Shown: in pieces, positions 50,200 to 64,000 of the stretch | Layout: every line of letters starts with the position of its first letter | Position numbering within the stretch: the first letter of the stretch is position 1 | From: Octopus vulgaris | Taxonomy: Eukaryota | NCBI GenBank assembly: GCA_951406725.2 | Contig: OX597819.1 | Location: 34,844,001-34,908,000, forward strand | Length of the DNA stretch: 64,000 bases | Direction of reading: 5' to 3' | Translations under genes and position numbers: made by a program | Notes under the pieces: generated by a model | Databases searched by the model: none | Seen by the model: the letters and a program-made list of their open reading frames with translations, nothing else | What the model was told of the DNA's origin: nothing

Positions 50200-50335
50200 A
50201 GCAACAAAAGAAAAAAAAAACTTCACAAACAGGATCCATTGAAACTACAGAATTGATTATCAAGGGAAGTTGTTGAGTCAAAGACAACCAGCCAATTCAA
50301 AAACGGACTTAGTGAATATTGCAAGAATATTAAAT
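50200..50335 (+). mobile_element. Possible CR1/L2-type LINE 3' remnant
   Basis: NFTNRI...LSREVVESKTTSQFKNGLSEY resembles the FF.NRVV..WN.LP.EVV......FK..LD C-terminus. Confidence 0.35.
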
Positions 50336-52033
50336 TCAAAACCCTTGCTCATGTTCTGAAAAAAAGCTCATTATTGCCAATTCAGTATTTACAGCCATAA
50401 AAAAAATGGGAGTATTAAGGTTTTTCATCCCCGTGTATTTCAGTTGAAAGCATTTTTTTAATGTTTTACTGTCATCATTTATAACAATATTATTCCATTC
50501 TAGACAAGCTTTGCCTACTTCCATTTACATTACTTAAAATATATAAATTGCATTTCCATTGTTGAAATCCATGAAAATAAATGGAAACCAAAACTGACTC
50601 TTAAGTTCTATCATTTTGTCATTTGTTAGTTTGGCAATTTTTTAACATTTCCATAATACTTTGAACTGGGGGAGGGTAATTACTTGAACATTATCATCAT
50701 CATTGCTGAAATTTCCTCTTTTTACCATGAAGCCTAAACCTCAATGATTACTCCATGTGTATGCATGTGTGCATGGTGTACGTGTGTATGTGTGTGTGTG
50801 TGTGTGCACTTGTGTGTTTGCACATGTGTGTGTACATGTAAGCATACATATATGTGTGTAAATGTGTGCATATGCATTTATACATACATAAATATATCTG
50901 CATGTTGGCACATATATGTGTGTGTCAATGTGTGTGTGTAAGCATACGGATATGTGTATATGCGTGTGTGTATACATGCACTATACATATATACTTACAT
51001 ATATACATCTGTGTGTGTATGCATGAGTATGTGTGTGTATGTGAGTGTATGTAGGCATGTGTGGGTGTGTGCATGTGGCTAAGTGTGTAGAGAACACACA
51101 TGCACATGGAAACAGAGACAGAAACACTATTAAACTTGTCATGGACAGTCACCAAGTCTCCCATTTTAGGGATTCAAGATAAAATGGTAATAATATTCTA
51201 GAAAAATGACAGCCAGATTAAGGCTAAAATCCCCTTAACTTAAACTTAATCTCACTGACTGTTATCATCAAAAGACAATTTCGAGTAAAATTAGAATCAG
51301 TAATTAACTGTGATTGATCCAACTGACTTCATCACTTTTTAACAAAAAAACTGAACTTGTACCAAAATCTCTCTCTCTCTCTCCTCACACACATATAAAG
51401 GGCATAAGTATAAAAAAATATTTAATAGGAACTATTGAATAGGAGCTATTCAGCTTGCAAAACTTTTGGGTCTTACTTCAGGTCATAATGCTAAGAAGCT
51501 GAATAGACAAGAGATGCAAACAGCTAGTCATCAAAGATCGTGTAACTTTAGAATTCATGAGAACTGTCCACTAGACTGTAGCTGTCTGGCAAGTCAATAG
51601 TATACAGTGCAAAGATTGAATCAAACACCAGTGATCAGCTTAAAACACATGATAAGGTAAAGGAACACACATTCAAAAACCGTTATTATAAACATAAACA
51701 TTCATCAACTCAGACAGAAAATGTGATGGTTCTTGCATGAGACAAGTCCTCATAGATTCAAAATTACCTGGTCTTTTACGGGAATGGGGGTTTCCAATCA
51801 AAATATAGTATGACCTTTGTTTGAGCAAAAAGAAATGAGCTGTTAACATCTTGTATGCATATGGATAAAAATCTTTTAGTCAAATACAAGCCTCCTTTAA
51901 TTTCATTCTGGTTCAGGAAAAAACATTGGTTTTCAGAATGTTTGATTAATAGGTTTTATTGATATATGTTTTAATATGTATATGTACAACTCTCGGTGTG
52001 AACATATCTATATAAGCATATGTGTATTTGTTT

Positions 52034-52099
<66 letters not shown>

Positions 52100-53004
52100 T
52101 GCATGAATATATAATTCTGTGTAAATATATGTATGTCTATGTGTGTACATATGTATATATGTATGCATCTGCACAGGCACAGGTACATGCAAAATGAATA
52201 ACCACATCCACACTCATTGCTTTTAAAGACATTAAATTGAATACATTAATTAAGAAATATTGCTTAAAAGTATCATTTTGGAACATTGCTTAAACACCTA
52301 AGCAATTCCATGACTTCAAGTGCATGGAGTTTATGACGTTTATAATAATAATACTATGAGAACCAGAAATGAAATCAAAAGTGTGAGCTTGAAGCAGTCG
52401 CTATCACACACGTCGTTTACAAAAGTTTCAAACAAAAGGATATAAGGAAAAGCATTTCCTTCAAACTTACATTTCATATTTCAAAAAATATTCACTCAAT
52501 GGATATTAAAAAAGAAATCCAGGCTTGATTTACCAGCTGATGGCCAGAAACAAGTAACTTGGAGTATTAGAAATAAGAGCCTTTCAGTAAGAATGTATGA
52601 TACGAATATTCTACATTTGTATCGAGCCCTGTAATTCATCACTTCCGGGGAATCAACAGAGATTTATATATGCATAAAGGAGGTATATATTATCTGGGTG
52701 GATACTGTATTGGTTCTCATTAAAGTTCCATTTAACCATTATCCACTTCGATCAGTATTTGACATCTGTAACCACTATTTGTTGCTAGTCACTCTGTGAA
52801 TTCTTCCAATGGGTAATTGCATGTACTCTTCGCTGGACAGTAAAAATTGTCTGCAACTGTGAATAGTCAGTGCAGCAGAAACATGTATTAGTCATTATAA
52901 TATGTTGTATAAAATTATATATAAAATAAATTTTGTGGATGAGCAAGTTTCCATACACTTTATTATTAATAATAATATATGCATATATATATATATACAT
53001 ATAA

Positions 53005-53240
53005 AATGGGGTGTCCAACAGGGGGATGCTCTCGCTACTCCTCTTCAACATTGTGACCAACACATTGCTGGATGCACTTCCCAGCAGCTGTGGTTTGCAT
53101 GTTGACAGGGCTACCTTGGCAGGCCTGGCATACACGGATGACATAGTACTGGTCTCCAGCATGAAAAGGGGACTACAGAGCTTGCTCGATCTGTGCTCTG
53201 AGTTCTAGCACATAGTGGGACTCGATATCAATGTCTCCAG
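53005..53240 (+). mobile_element. Non-LTR RT fragment, R2/NeSL-like
   Basis: GVQQGDA/LSLLLFNIV...LAGLAYTDDIVLV...LQSLLDLCSEF*HIVGLDINVSR covers RT motifs 4-6, with one frameshift. Confidence 0.75.
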
Positions 53241-54220
53241 GCACGGCTTCCCAACCACATGGTTCTGGGTTCAGTTCCACTGTCTTCTGCTATAGCCTCA
53301 GGCTGACCAAAGCCTTGTAAGTGGATTTGGTAGACAAAAACTGAAAGAAGCCTGTCATATACATATACATATACATATACACGCACACATATGCTTGTGT
53401 TTCTGTGTTTGTCCCCCCATCATCGCTTGAGAACCGATGTTGGTGTGTTTACGTCCGCATAAACTTAACGGTTCAGCAAAAGAGACCGATAGAATAAGTA
53501 CTAGGCTTATGAAGAATAAGTTCTGGGGCCAATTTGTTCAACTAAAGGTGGTGCTCCAGCTTGTACACATATATATATGTTTAAATATGTGTGCATGTAA
53601 GCATACAGATATAAGTATATGTGTGTGTATACATGCACTATGCATATATACTTACATATATCATCATCATAATCGTTTAACATCCACTTTTCATGCTGGC
53701 ATGAGTTGGACAGTTTGACATAGAGCTGGCTAGTAGCGAGACACCTTGGTCACGTGTCTTCCACAGTAGCCTCAGAATGACCATAGTCTTGTGAGTGGAT
53801 TTGGTAGACGGAAACTGAAAAAAGCCTGTCATATATATATATATACACATACATACATACATACATGCATGCATACATACATACATACATACATACATAC
53901 ATACATACATACATACATACATACATACATACATACATACATGCATGCATACATACATACATATATATATGTATGTATGTGTGTATGTATTTGTATGTAT
54001 GTAAGTATGTATGTATTTATGTGTGTACATGTGATTGTGCCCCCATCACCATTTAAAAACAGGTGTGTTGGTGTGTTTACATCCCTGTAACTTAACAGTT
54101 TGGCAAAAGAGACCATAGAATAAGTACTAGGCTTAAGAAATAAGTCTTGGAGTTGATTTCTTCAACTAAAAGCCTTCGAGGCGGTGTTCCAACATGGCTG
54201 CAGTCAAATGACTGACACAA
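53240..54220 (+). mobile_element. Two SINE family A copies
   Basis: Family A motifs at 53240-53560 and 53740-54220. Confidence 0.8.
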
Positions 54221-55849
54221 ATGACAGACAATTCACAAGACTCAAGGTTATGGTAGAAGACAGTGGAACTGAATGTGATTGTGAATGTGATTGTGAAACA
54301 AACTTCTTAACTGAAGTCTGTGTGCATGTGTGTGTGTGTGTGTGTGTGTAAGTATGAGTGTGTGTGCACACATGTGCATGTATGTATGTATGTTTACAAA
54401 GTGTCCTTAAAATATATACACACATTGAATGATTATAAAGTCAACATTTATTAAAATACATTTCATCTTCAAAATTTAATAGAGTCTTTGGACAGAATTT
54501 GATATTTTTATGAGCAAGGAGAAAAAAACTGCCACCCAGGCATTTATCTGCTAGTGGCTAAATTATTAAATATATACATATTTGATTCCCAATCTGTGTA
54601 ATTTTTCTGATATGTTACATCTAATTTTTATTTGTTTAATAGTACTCACTAACTCAGTAAATATTTCTTTCATTATTTTTTTTGCAGTCTTAATCTCTCT
54701 CTTTCAAAGAAGTTCAAAAGTAATCCATCCTTTACATGGTCATTTAATATGCAAGAAATAGCAAGGCTCACATGGGTATATTCTAAGGCCAATCAAATGG
54801 TCATACCAACAAATCCGCCTCTGGTTTTTACATTTTTTTTCAGATTATGCCCCTGTAACAATTTCAGATCCTTCCACCCTCCCACATTTTCAGCTGACCT
54901 CCCTGATAATTTGGAGTGACGTTCATATTAAGGATGGGCTAAGATTAATTCAGATTACCCCATTAAATCTTCCCCCCAAATAGTTGTTACATTCGAGGCA
55001 AATAAAGTGTTTTCTGTGTTTGTGTATGCATTAGGCTCATATGTGTAATTCACTTTGCTGGTTAAAATTGAAGTAACATCGAAAGTATATAAATATATTT
55101 TTTATATAATAATTATGCATGGATATATATTTTGTTTTGTATACAGATATATTTCATTTGCACTTAAGGCTTATGTGTATTAATATAGTTTGTTTCATAT
55201 ATATATTTTGATGACTAGTTTGTAATAAAAAAAAACATGTTATTCAAAAAAAATTCAGATTCAGATACTCTGATGTTCAAAGTGTTTTAAGGGATGTACT
55301 GCAAAAAAAATCACACTGAAAAACTTGCTTTTGGTTCTAACTTATTCTTTTGCATCAACATTTATATTTATACCAAATATTAATACTAAAATGTATTAAT
55401 AACCTAAACTATATAAACACACAGCTTCAGATGTACAGAGATGGGAAATGATATTTTTTATTCCCATTCAGTGGATGTTTCATCAAAAGAATTAACTATC
55501 ACAAATATATAAACAAAGAAGAGATGGAAAGAGAGAGAAGGCAGTAAGGTAGTAGAGACAGTCGTATTTCCTGCCTTGCATTTTAAGATTTTGAAAAATG
55601 CTGACACCAAATTAAAATTAACTGTTTATTTGAAAAGAAACTTGAAAAGCATACATTGATAAAAATATATTAAAACTGGAATTTAAAAATTTTTCTGGGC
55701 AATGGAGAATTTAATAATTGCATTTTTTTAAAAGTTACATAATTCCAATTAATAAATAAGCAGTTTTCTCCATTATAATATAGATGCCTGTTTTCACACT
55801 GATGTCAGTTCTGGTCCAAGTACAGCTGATAATGCAAAGCAATGGAATC

Positions 55850-56830
55850 ACAAGCATTTAGTATTTGTTTACATTCTCATTCACTGGTTACCCTCAATAT
55901 ATCAACTGTCAACAATTTTGTACCATAAACTTTATCTTTGAAGCATCTCCATAAAAAAGTCTTGTGGTATGTGGTCCAATGAACATCGAAGGCTTTCTAC
56001 TGAACCTCTTTGTCCAATATATCTGCTTAGCAAAATCTCATCGTGGCAGGCTCTTTCATTACTATGGTAGGGTGAGGATGCCCCATATGGCTGGAAATAA
56101 AACTCCACATCTTCAAAGTCTTCTTGAATGTGTGATGTTACTGTTAAAGAAGAACACTGGAGAAGGTTACTATGAATGACAAAATATAGAGAGAGTTTGA
56201 ATATTATTATTCTTGGTGTAATTGAAATAGTAGTCAAAAAGTTAACTTCTGGTCATGTTACTGTCACCAGTTGTTCATTAAGTTTGTTGTCAGCTGCTGT
56301 CTGCATCTGTTTGTCATCTATTTGCTGTCTCATCTCTGTTGTCTCTCAGTGTTCTCTCTGCTACATCCCAAAGCTCGCTCTCTGTCTAGAAGTCAAGTTG
56401 TGCCAAATTTATACTGATGGATGGGCTCAGAAGGAAATGTGCCAAAAAATGAAATTGTCGCTGGAACCTATTCGCTTGAAGTCGTGATTGGTCAGATTTT
56501 GTTGATCACATGCGAAATATCCTAGCAAATCATGACATTGGGTGTAGTCATGTGACTGCTGAACATTCCCACAACAACAGATTATCATGGCAAGTTCAAG
56601 TAAATGGGACCAGTCATAGTACAGTGAAAAAAGAATGGTCCAATTAATCTTCTTAATGAGAAGCTGCACTTTACTGAAACTCCTAGTAAATTAACATGAT
56701 GTTCCTCCATAATATATGGATTCTTATTTCCTTAGTAGGTGCAATTGTGGTGGTTAATTGAACCATTTAACCTTGTCACTTCAAACAATCTTTGTTGGAA
56801 AGTGTGCATCTTCTACTCATTTTTCCACTT
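55850..56830 (-). mobile_element. Tc1/mariner-superfamily (rosa/DD41D-like) transposase remnant, interrupted
   Basis: [46 protein letters not shown] (~56600-56730) and EFYFQPYGASSPYH..RACHDEILLSRYIGQRGSVESLRCSLDHIPQDFF (~55950-56110). These are a decayed FQQDGAPPH...WIGR.G..WPPRSPDL.PLDFF. Confidence 0.7.
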
Positions 56831-56976
56831 TGTTCAAGGTGGTGCCCCAGCATGACTGCAGTCTAACAACTGAAACAAGTAAATGATAAAAGATACATTC
56901 GCACAAGTATGCGTGTGTGTATGTAAGCATATATGTACGAGAGGGTACCTAAAAGAAGCCAGAATAAAATAATATA

Positions 56977-57143
56977 TAGGCGTAGGAGTGGGTGTGTGGT
57001 AAGTAACTTGCTTACCAACCACATGGTTCCAGGTTCAGTCCCACTGTGTGGCACCTTGGGCAAGTATCTTCTACTATAGCCTCAGGCCAACCAAAGCCTT
57101 GTGAGTGGATTTGGTAGATGGAAACTGAAAGAAGCCAGTCGTA

Positions 57144-57192
<49 letters not shown>

Positions 57193-57455
57193 GTATATAT
57201 ATATATATGTGTGTGTGTGTATGTGTGTGTGTGTGTGTGTGTATGTGTGTGTGTCTGTGTTTGTCCCCCCAATATCGATTGACCACCGATGCTGGTGTGT
57301 TTATGCTCCCTTACTTCGTATTTTGGCAAAAGAGAGCGATAGAATAAGTACTAGGCTTACAAAGAATAAGTCCTGGGGTTGATTTGCTCGACTAAAGGTG
57401 GTGCTCCAGCATGGTTACAGTCACATGACCGAAACAAGTAAAAGAGTAAAAGAGT
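56977..57455 (+). mobile_element. SINE family A, full-length
   Basis: ggcgtaggagtgggtgtgtggtaag...caccttgggcaagt...gaaacaagtaaaagagtaaaagag. Confidence 0.92.
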
Positions 57456-57460
57456 CCTAA

Positions 57461-57520
<60 letters not shown>

Positions 57521-59008
57521 CATTGTTTTCATTATTTAGTGTTCATGTTCCATGTGACCATGTGTTGGGTGGTTTGACAGGATCCACTTGATCCAAGAAT
57601 TCCATTGTGTTTCAATGTCTGCTTTGGCATAGTTTCAACAGTTCTTGATGCCAACCACTTTATTGTGTGTAGTGGGGAGGTGCTTTTTTCATACTACCTG
57701 CACTATTAAGATTGCTATGTAACTTGTAAGACTACAAACCTCAAGCAAGTGGGGGTTGGCTTTATGTTAGGAGACGAAGTATGAGAGAGGTGGTGGATGG
57801 CAGAACAGGTCACTGAAGAGGAGTTGTATGGTTACTCACAATTAGAAAGAGAGAAAGACAATGGTCTGTAGGAGCTCCAGAGAGATAGGTAGTGGAGATG
57901 AAGTATCTATGTGTTTGAAAATTTGTATGAATGTTGACATTCTGCATTTGTCACTGCTTGAGCAGAATAGTGGTGACGTTGACATTCCTTGTTGACTTTA
58001 TGACCAGTCTCTTTGCTTTCAAAGACCTCTGAAAACCTTACTTGAAAACAAGTGTGGGTTGGTGACAGGAAGAACATCCAGTCTTAAACTTCTGCCTCAG
58101 ATAATTCCTTATCCTTATCTGAACTCATGTTAACATGGAAAAATGAAACATAGATATTTCCTTACCTGTATTTACCTGATCACCTAGCTCAGAAACAACT
58201 TATACTTGGGATTCCAAGGCATCTGACAAATTAGACATACAGATTTACATCTATAGATCTTATACAATATTAAGTCAATCATATACACATTTTTCACTTC
58301 CACAATATGTGTTGTGTGTTCTTTTTTTCATTTCCATACAGCTTTTCCATTGTTTGTGTGTGTGTATGCTTATAAATATATATACGTGTGTGTGTGTGCA
58401 TGTGTGTATGCCTGTATGCATGTATGTATGTTAATACAGAGAGAGAAAGAGAGAGCTGCTGAGCAACAGAGAAACCCCACACACACACACCTATTATAAA
58501 TAGTAATACATAGCTTTCTAGGTGTATGCTCCGTCACTCTCTTGCTTTCACACACACATTTATAATAACACTATATCTGTAAAAACTAATGTAAATTTGT
58601 AATTTCCTTTTGAAGGTTTTAGTCCAAATTTACATTAGTAAGAATATGTGAAAGCCACATAATAGAAACAGCAACAAACTGATGTAATTTATAATAATAT
58701 CTCTTCTGTTGACATTATTTGACCTTGCTTCTCTAGCAATGGTATAAAAAGGTATTTGAAATACACTCCAAACAAAATAACAGATTTACGTTTATACTGG
58801 AAATTGAAATGCAATGAGACAAAGAAAGACAAAAGGCTTTGCAGTCAAAATTTGGAATGAAATTGAAGTGAAAATAGTTTCCAGGAAACCTTGTAATCAA
58901 TAGGGCGTGAATTCAATGAGAGTATAATGGAAATAGAACACGGATGGCTAAACTGATGTCCAAAAATAGTGAACAAATAATGAGAGAAGGAGAGAGAGAG
59001 AGAGAGAG

Positions 59009-59046
<38 letters not shown>

Positions 59047-59524
59047 AATGGGAGGGGTAGAAAAGGTAGTAACACATGAGAAAAAAGATAGAAAGAGATG
59101 TTTAGGTAGAAAGAAAAAGCATAAGACAATTAGAGACTAAGAAAGATAGAGTGTCTAAAGATACTGAGAGAAATAAAGAAACTGGGTGGGGGGGTGATAC
59201 TGGAGCCATATATAAGATGAAAATATGAATGAATAAGAGAGAGAGAGGAGATGAAAGGAAGAGAAGTCTTGGTTATCTAGTCCCATTGATTTTGACAGTT
59301 GTAATGATGCAATGCTGAGCCCTTCTGTTTGCTTGCAATCCTGAATGAAAACTCCATTCACTTGAATCATGGATATTCTTTTCAAAGGAATGAAAGACAC
59401 ATCTTTCCATTTTCTCCTTTTGCAGTTATGTGAGAAATCCTTATTCTTCTATTGTTCAATTACATTCTATTACATTCTGTATCTCTTACACTACTGTCAG
59501 CATATACACACATGCATACATACA

Positions 59525-59556
<32 letters not shown>

Positions 59557-59691
59557 GACATACATGCATGCATACACACACACATACACACATACATACA
59601 TACATACATACATACATACATACATACATACATACATACATACATACATACATACATGCATGCATGCATACACACAAGCATACATTCATAC

Positions 59692-60030
59692 ATACGAGGA
59701 GGAAACCAAAAGTAACAAGAAACCTTCTCTATGGGACAAGTCCATTGTAGTTCAGATTTCTGCCACTAGACACAACCCTAAGGCATCAGTTTGTCAACCG
59801 GTGTCATCAAGTGAAGCCATACTGCTATGTAGCGCATCTTTGATTTGCAATGTTTCTCCCCTATTCATCAATTTTTGCAATGGCTGAAATGAAGGAACAG
59901 CTTGCTTCCATGAAATTCTGTTTCCATCTGAGGAAAACAACAGCCAAACCAGTTATCATGCTTCAAACAACTTACAAGGATGAGCAAATCACAAGTTTAC
60001 GAGTGGTTTTCACACTTTAGGAATGGTCAC
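59692..60030 (+). mobile_element. Mariner left end and transposase N-terminus; left end duplicated at 60322-60440
   Basis: TAcgaggaggaaaccaaaagt terminus. MAEMKEQLASMKFCFHLRKTTAKPVIMLQTTYKD...QVYEWFSHFRNG. Confidence 0.75.
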
Positions 60031-60249
60031 TTGAACAATATATATACACATGCACACTCATACAACAGGCTTCTTTCAGTTTCCATTTACTGCATCCAAT
60101 CGCAAATCTTTGATCAGTCTGGGGTGATAGTAGAAGACACTTGCCCAAGGTGTTAGGCAGTGGGACTGAACCTGGAACCATGTGGTTTGGAAGTTAACTT
60201 TTTACCACATCTGCCCAATTAAGTATTGGTGTATACATACATACATACA

Positions 60250-60281
<32 letters not shown>

Positions 60282-60440
60282 GACATACATGCATGCATAC
60301 ACACAAGCATACATTCATACATACGAGGAGGAAACCAAAAGTGACAAGAAACCTTCTCTATGGGACAAGTCCATTGTAGTTCAGATTTCTGCCACTAGAA
60401 GCCACTAGACACAACCCTCAGGCATCAGTTTGTCAACTGG

Positions 60441-61630
60441 TGTTGAGGAATAATTAATGAGTATTTTTTTCAAATTTAAAAATGCACGCAGAAATAAAAC
60501 GCATTGGCAAATTGTTTTATGTTATTTGAAAGAGAATTCTTTGCTCCACAACATAGTGTGCTTTGATTTTTTAATTTTATTGGATTTTGTGAATTTTCAG
60601 ATCACTAAACTGGAATGTCAAGTGGATAAAACTGAGCATTTTCGACACCATTTGCTTTTTGCCTTTAATCAAGGTGTTAAGACTGCCAAAGTTGCTTATG
60701 AGGTTTGTGCTGTATATGGAGAAGGATTAATGCCTTAAAGTACCACCCATCATTGGTTTTTGCACTTCAGAAATGGGTATTTTGACCTCAAGGACAGATC
60801 ACACACCGGTTGGCTAATTGAGTTTGATGAAGAGCAATTGAATCAACTTCATGAAAATCCATGTCAAACAACCAGAGAATTAGTGGAGCAGATGGATTGT
60901 AATAAAAAAAACTGTAGTGAACCACCTTCATTCAATAGGCAAGGTTCAGAAACTTGGCACTTGGGTGCCACACACTTAGAGCAAAAACAACAAAAATCAA
61001 TGCTCGACAATCGCTACCAGCTTGCTCCTTGACATCGCATGGTCACAAACGTTTTCTTTACAGCATTGTCACTGGTGATGAAAAATGGTACCTTTACATC
61101 AAAATGAAGCAGCTAAAAGAATGGCTCAGCCCCGACAAACAAGTGACTCCGCGAGCAAAACAAGACCTTCCTCTTCGAAAGACCATGTTGTGTGTATGGT
61201 GGGACTGAGAAGGTATAATTCATTACAAACTGCTTGAGTGCAACTAAACACTTAACATGGAGCTCTACCTTCAACAACTGCTCTGACTCAACGAAGCAAT
61301 TCAGCAAAAAAGATCAAATCGGCGAAATGGCATTTTTCTGCAACACGACAACGCCCATCGTTAAAGCCACGAATCAAGAACTCGAATGGGAAGTGCTGCC
61401 TCATCCTCCATACTCTCCTGTCTTGGCACAATCAGATTTTCATCTCTTTCAACCACTTTCAAATGCTTTGCATGGTGTATCATTCAATAATGACATGGAA
61501 TTGAGGGCTTGGTTGGACAAATTCTTTGACTCAAGACTGGGAAATTTCTATCACCGAGGCATTGACAAACTTATTGAATAATCGAACGAAGTCACAAACA
61601 ACAATGGAGAGTATATTATTAATTAATTTG
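60441..61630 (+). mobile_element. Near full-length mariner (DD34D) transposase pseudogene
   Basis: HFRHHLLFAFNQG..., IVTGDEKW, MLCVWWD, LQHDNA and WEVLPHPPYSPVLAQSDFHLF, with multiple stops and frameshifts. Confidence 0.92.
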
Positions 61631-61633
61631 TTG

Positions 61634-62125
61634 TACAGGGTGACCCCAAAAAAAAACAGAACCCATAAAAATTCTATTAAATCCTACAAAGGTCCAGCAA
61701 ATTTCAAGAAATTTGCTGGACTTAAACTTCAGTCTGTGTGCAATCATTACCTTTGCATAAAAGTCATGTTCTTTTCAAAATATACTCCAAATGGCATACA
61801 TTGCACAAACACTTGCAGATGTCACACGAAATTGTCAATTTCTCGAACACATTCCTCTCTGGGGATTTCCCTGATTTCTGTTGTGATTACTGCCTTCAGT
61901 TCACCAATCATTTATGGGTTGTTCTGGTAAACATTATCCTTGAGATAACCCCAACAGATAAAAATCTGGTGGGGGGTTCAAGTCCGGTGAAAGCAGTGCC
62001 CACTCAACATCACACTTCCTGCTGATCAGTCTCTCCCGAAATCAGTCTCACAGCCAGGCTAGGGAGTCATTTGATGCTTGATGGGTAGCCCCATTTTGCT
62101 GGAACCGCTATTCATCTCGATCTAT
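61634..62125 (-). mobile_element. Tc1/mariner-superfamily 3' remnant
   Basis: Terminus TAcagggtgacccc. The - strand reads SPDLNPPxDFYLxGYLKDNVYQNNP..IGELKAVITTEIREIP. Confidence 0.7.
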
Positions 62126-62364
62126 CCCACTGCATTGCTTTATTCAAACAGTTTTATTCAAAGATTTGTGAGTTCTGTTTTTTGGGGAGTAGTTGTTTTG
62201 TTTAAAATAATCTTTTAAAAAACGCTCATGAATTATACCTCAATCCAATATTACTTGAGGCATGAATATTTCTACATTTCATTAATGATTTTATAATTAA
62301 TAATAACTAATAAGAGAGTATGACGTTCCCTTCTGTGTGTACTTTTTTCATTGCATTATTATTG

Positions 62365-62585
62365 ATTTCAAATTTTAGCACAAGGCCTGCAATTTTAGAA
62401 GAAGGAGTAAGTCAATTACCTTGACCTCAGTAATCTACTGGTACTTGTTTTATCGTCTCTGAAAGGATGAAAGGCAAAGCTGACCTCAGTAGTGCTTGAA
62501 CTCAGAACATAGACAGATGAAATACTGCTAAACATTTTGCCCAGCGTGCTAATGATTCTGCCAACTTTTTCTGACCACCTTAATA
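62365..62585 (-). mobile_element. SINE family B
   Basis: gaaaggatgaaaggcaaagctgacctc...gaactcagaac...ctaatgattctgcca. Confidence 0.8.
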
Positions 62586-62820
62586 TTAATTGCTAATTAG
62601 TACATGTTTCATCTTGAAGAGTTACTTTCAGATATCAAATATTAAAATATTTAAATTTTAAGAAAATTTCATGAATAATTATACAAGGAAGAGCAGCATT
62701 CCCTGCTTTCTATTCTGTAATTTTCCAAAGGTGGGATATTAAGGTTCGCCTATTGTACCAAGGTCAACCGGGGAATGAACATCAATGAAGATAAGTTTCA
62801 CTAATTGCCTATTTTAACTT

Positions 62821-63020
62821 TTAACCCTTTAGCATTCAGATTATTCTGTAAAATGTAATGCTTATTTATTCCCATTGTTTTGAATTAATCATGCATTATC
62901 TCAGTTTCAAGATTTCAATGTCATTGTTTATTTTTAGAATAACATCAAAATGTAAGTGTGAGAGTCTAGATTTGACCAGTTTGAACATTAAACTGGTAGA
63001 ATATTTGGGCTAGATATGGC
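62821..63020. mobile_element. TTAA-initiated MITE fragment (piggyBac-like)
   Basis: Starts ttaaccctttagcattcaga. The right TIR is not found. Confidence 0.4.
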
Positions 63021-63229
63021 TAGCTATTGTAGTTCACCACTCTCATCCATATCTGTTGGCAAGTACTATGTCTTGGTATAGTTTTGAAATATATTTTGCT
63101 GCATGTGCATATATTATCATTTAGTTAACATTTAATAATTAGCCAGTATGTATTCCACTTTAGTTCTTGAAATTCTACTTTAAGATTGCAAAGTTCCAGC
63201 CAGTGCAAGGGTGACTTGGTAAGAGGCAT

Positions 63230-63525
63230 AAAAGTGAAGAGATAAGCCTAAAAAGAGATTAGCAAAATGGGAACAGCAGAAAAAGTAGTTTGCAAGGTAG
63301 GTAGTTGACAAGTTTGTTTAGCAAGAGGAGAAGCAGAAAGTAGGTTTTCCAATGTTCTACAACATGAGGACCAGAAGCATAAGGTGTTCTAGATTGCAAG
63401 GCAGTGTATCAGAGAAAAAGTAATATGTTGTTGAATAAAACTGTGTTCAAATGGATAATGGAATACTTGTACTTAATGATTCTGAAAAGAAAAAGGTATG
63501 GAAGTACTTCTATGAAAGGCTGGAA
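63230..63525 (+). mobile_element. RTE ORF2 inter-domain fragment
   Basis: LARGEAESRFSNVL...VF*IARQCIREK...CVQMDNGILVLNDSEKKKVWKYFYERL. Confidence 0.6.
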
Positions 63526-64000
63526 ACCATGCTAAGTAGACAACTGAGCTGGAACAGGTTTTTTGTTGTAGAGGAAATACCTAACTACTTGCATTAAACA
63601 AGAGTGGGGCAGAGGATAAAACTAAAAAAAGAGACAAAGATGGTAGTGATGAGATGCAAGGTAGAAGGTGAATAGAAGTGTGAGTGGAAATGGAAGAATA
63701 GGAAGAGTGGGTGAATAAGGGTTACGAGAGTGTACAGGGTGAGTGAGATATGGTTAGAAATGGGTCATGCATAAAAAAGTGAATATGAGGAATGACACAA
63801 GAATTGAGGGGCCAGTTGATAAAATTTATGAGTTGATAGGACAGTAAGAAAGAGTTGATAATGACTGTAAAGCTTTGGTAAGGTTAAGGGGTGGATGTAA
63901 TTGAATGATGAACCAGGGTGAAGGCATACTCAATGATACATATGAGTTAGAGGGAAGGTGGAACAGAGTAAGTGATGACTGGCAGTACAGAAAGGAATGA

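Noticed and set aside
58160-58225. Minus-strand exon between ttgtcag and CAG|GTAA donors
   Set aside because: Stops occur in all three frames. It could only be a UTR exon, and nothing supports that.
60441-61630. SETMAR or a domesticated transposase
   Set aside because: Multiple stops and frameshifts, and no SET domain.

Overview
This is AT-rich, repeat-saturated animal genomic DNA. It is very probably from an octopus (coleoid cephalopod), judged from my recollection of its SINE and RTE-LINE families rather than from a database search. I see no intact protein-coding gene, rRNA, true tRNA or CRISPR array. Almost all ORFs in the track are microsatellite read-throughs. The window holds three tRNA-derived SINE families, RTE, L1/Tx1 and R2/NeSL-like LINE remnants, Penelope GIY-YIG remnants, at least 8 Tc1/mariner relics, three non-autonomous Helitrons, hAT/piggyBac-like MITEs and many microsatellites. 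The most notable signal is a set of unrelated short non-coding elements carrying minimal type I hammerhead ribozyme motifs. One is intact at 39216-39261 (- strand), inside a 330-bp terminally redundant monomer. Several are inserted as head-to-head inverted repeats, and one of these has a 14-bp TSD and a tRNA-like B box. They look like Penelope-mobilised retrozymes or ribozyme-bearing SINEs. Also notable are a ~555-bp element found only inside (TAA)n tracts and two possible alternative phase-1 first coding exons of a minus-strand host gene (speculative). Most element boundaries are approximate; TSD, TIR and hammerhead coordinates were counted directly.
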